64,000 bases of DNA from Marsupella aquatica (Eukaryota > Plantae > Marchantiophyta): positions 17,154,170 through 17,218,169 of the forward strand of contig OZ316895.1 in NCBI GenBank assembly GCA_973895155.1, given 5' to 3'. The notes under the pieces are model-generated. The model did not search any database, was not told the DNA's origin, and worked only from the letters and a program-made list of their open reading frames with translations. Shown in pieces: positions 63,416 to 64,000 of the stretch. The position numbers and the translations under genes are program-made. Every line of letters begins with the position of its first letter. Position 1 is the first letter of the stretch.

Positions 63416-64000
63416 TGTTGAGCATAGACGACATTCGCAACGGCAAGCCCATGAACCATCCAACGCACAATAGTCGACACAGAGAGATACGTGGTTCACC
63501 TCCACATGAGGCTACGTCCATGGGAACACACAAGAGCTTTACTGCACTCTAGGCCGATCGGCCATACCAAGCATCCACAGCACAAGCTCTCCCTATCTCT
63601 CAACTAGCTCCGTAACAATGAGCCTAAGTTCCACCAGGGTCTGGCATCAGCCCTGGCTATATGCACAACAACACTACCACTAACCTTAGCTAGGTCCTAA
63701 CCCGAGTTAGCCTAACTGTGGTTAGCACAAGAGTCACAAGACTAGAGCAATATCTAACAAACTCCCCCTTGACTCTTGTCTTGGGGACTGGACTAAATGC
63801 TACCATATGGAATCCTCAGCGGGAAGTTCTAGACAATCACCAAACCAGGTTTCCCCCTAAAAACCACAAGGGTTAACTAAGGGTTAACTAGAACTAAGCC
63901 GTAGCCTAACAGGAATGAGTAATCCATATACAAATAGTCACACATTGCTAAATAACTCTACTTGCACTACAACTGCAAAACCTGCAAAGTAGCACGGTGT
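63416..64000 (-). mobile_element. 3' LTR (63416-63759), PPT and start of the internal region of a copia-like LTR retrotransposon running out of the window
   Basis: The minus strand reads AAGGGGGAGTT (PPT) then TGTTAGATATTGCTCTAGTCTTGTGACTC...TCAACA, homologous to the two solo LTRs. Confidence 0.85.

Noticed and set aside
62799-63473. Repetitive ORFs (KKDVV / TTSF repeats)
   Set aside because: Translations of the Helitron subterminal tandem repeat.

Overview
This is eukaryotic, intron-containing land-plant nuclear DNA. It is most likely a bryophyte, possibly a liverwort, judged from a bryophyte-type RALF and a CRE-clade retrotransposon; the species cannot be fixed from sequence alone. Five host protein-coding genes are supported. 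(1) An 8-exon WD40 gene of the RID3/WDR18/Ipi3 family (- strand, 1779-~6127) that lacks an in-frame ATG. (2) A single-exon RALF peptide precursor (15116-15529). (3) An AT-hook MNM1-like protein (20110-20841, -). (4) A divergently oriented paralog with an added HMG box (40300-41076, +). (5) A 2-oxoglutarate/Fe(II) dioxygenase that looks fungal rather than plant (53944-55205, -), with an internally deleted duplicate 5 kb away. The rest is largely transposon-derived: a decayed CRE-clade RLE retrotransposon, three LTRs of one copia-like family, Helitron and CACTA remnants, several MITE families, three elements with asymmetric termini (Helentron/Helitron2-like candidates) and tandem repeats. The best leads are the candidate fungus-to-plant transferred dioxygenase with a possible newly gained intron, the HMG/AT-hook/MNM1 fusion, and the asymmetric-end element family. 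All family calls come from motif recognition by eye; no searches were run.
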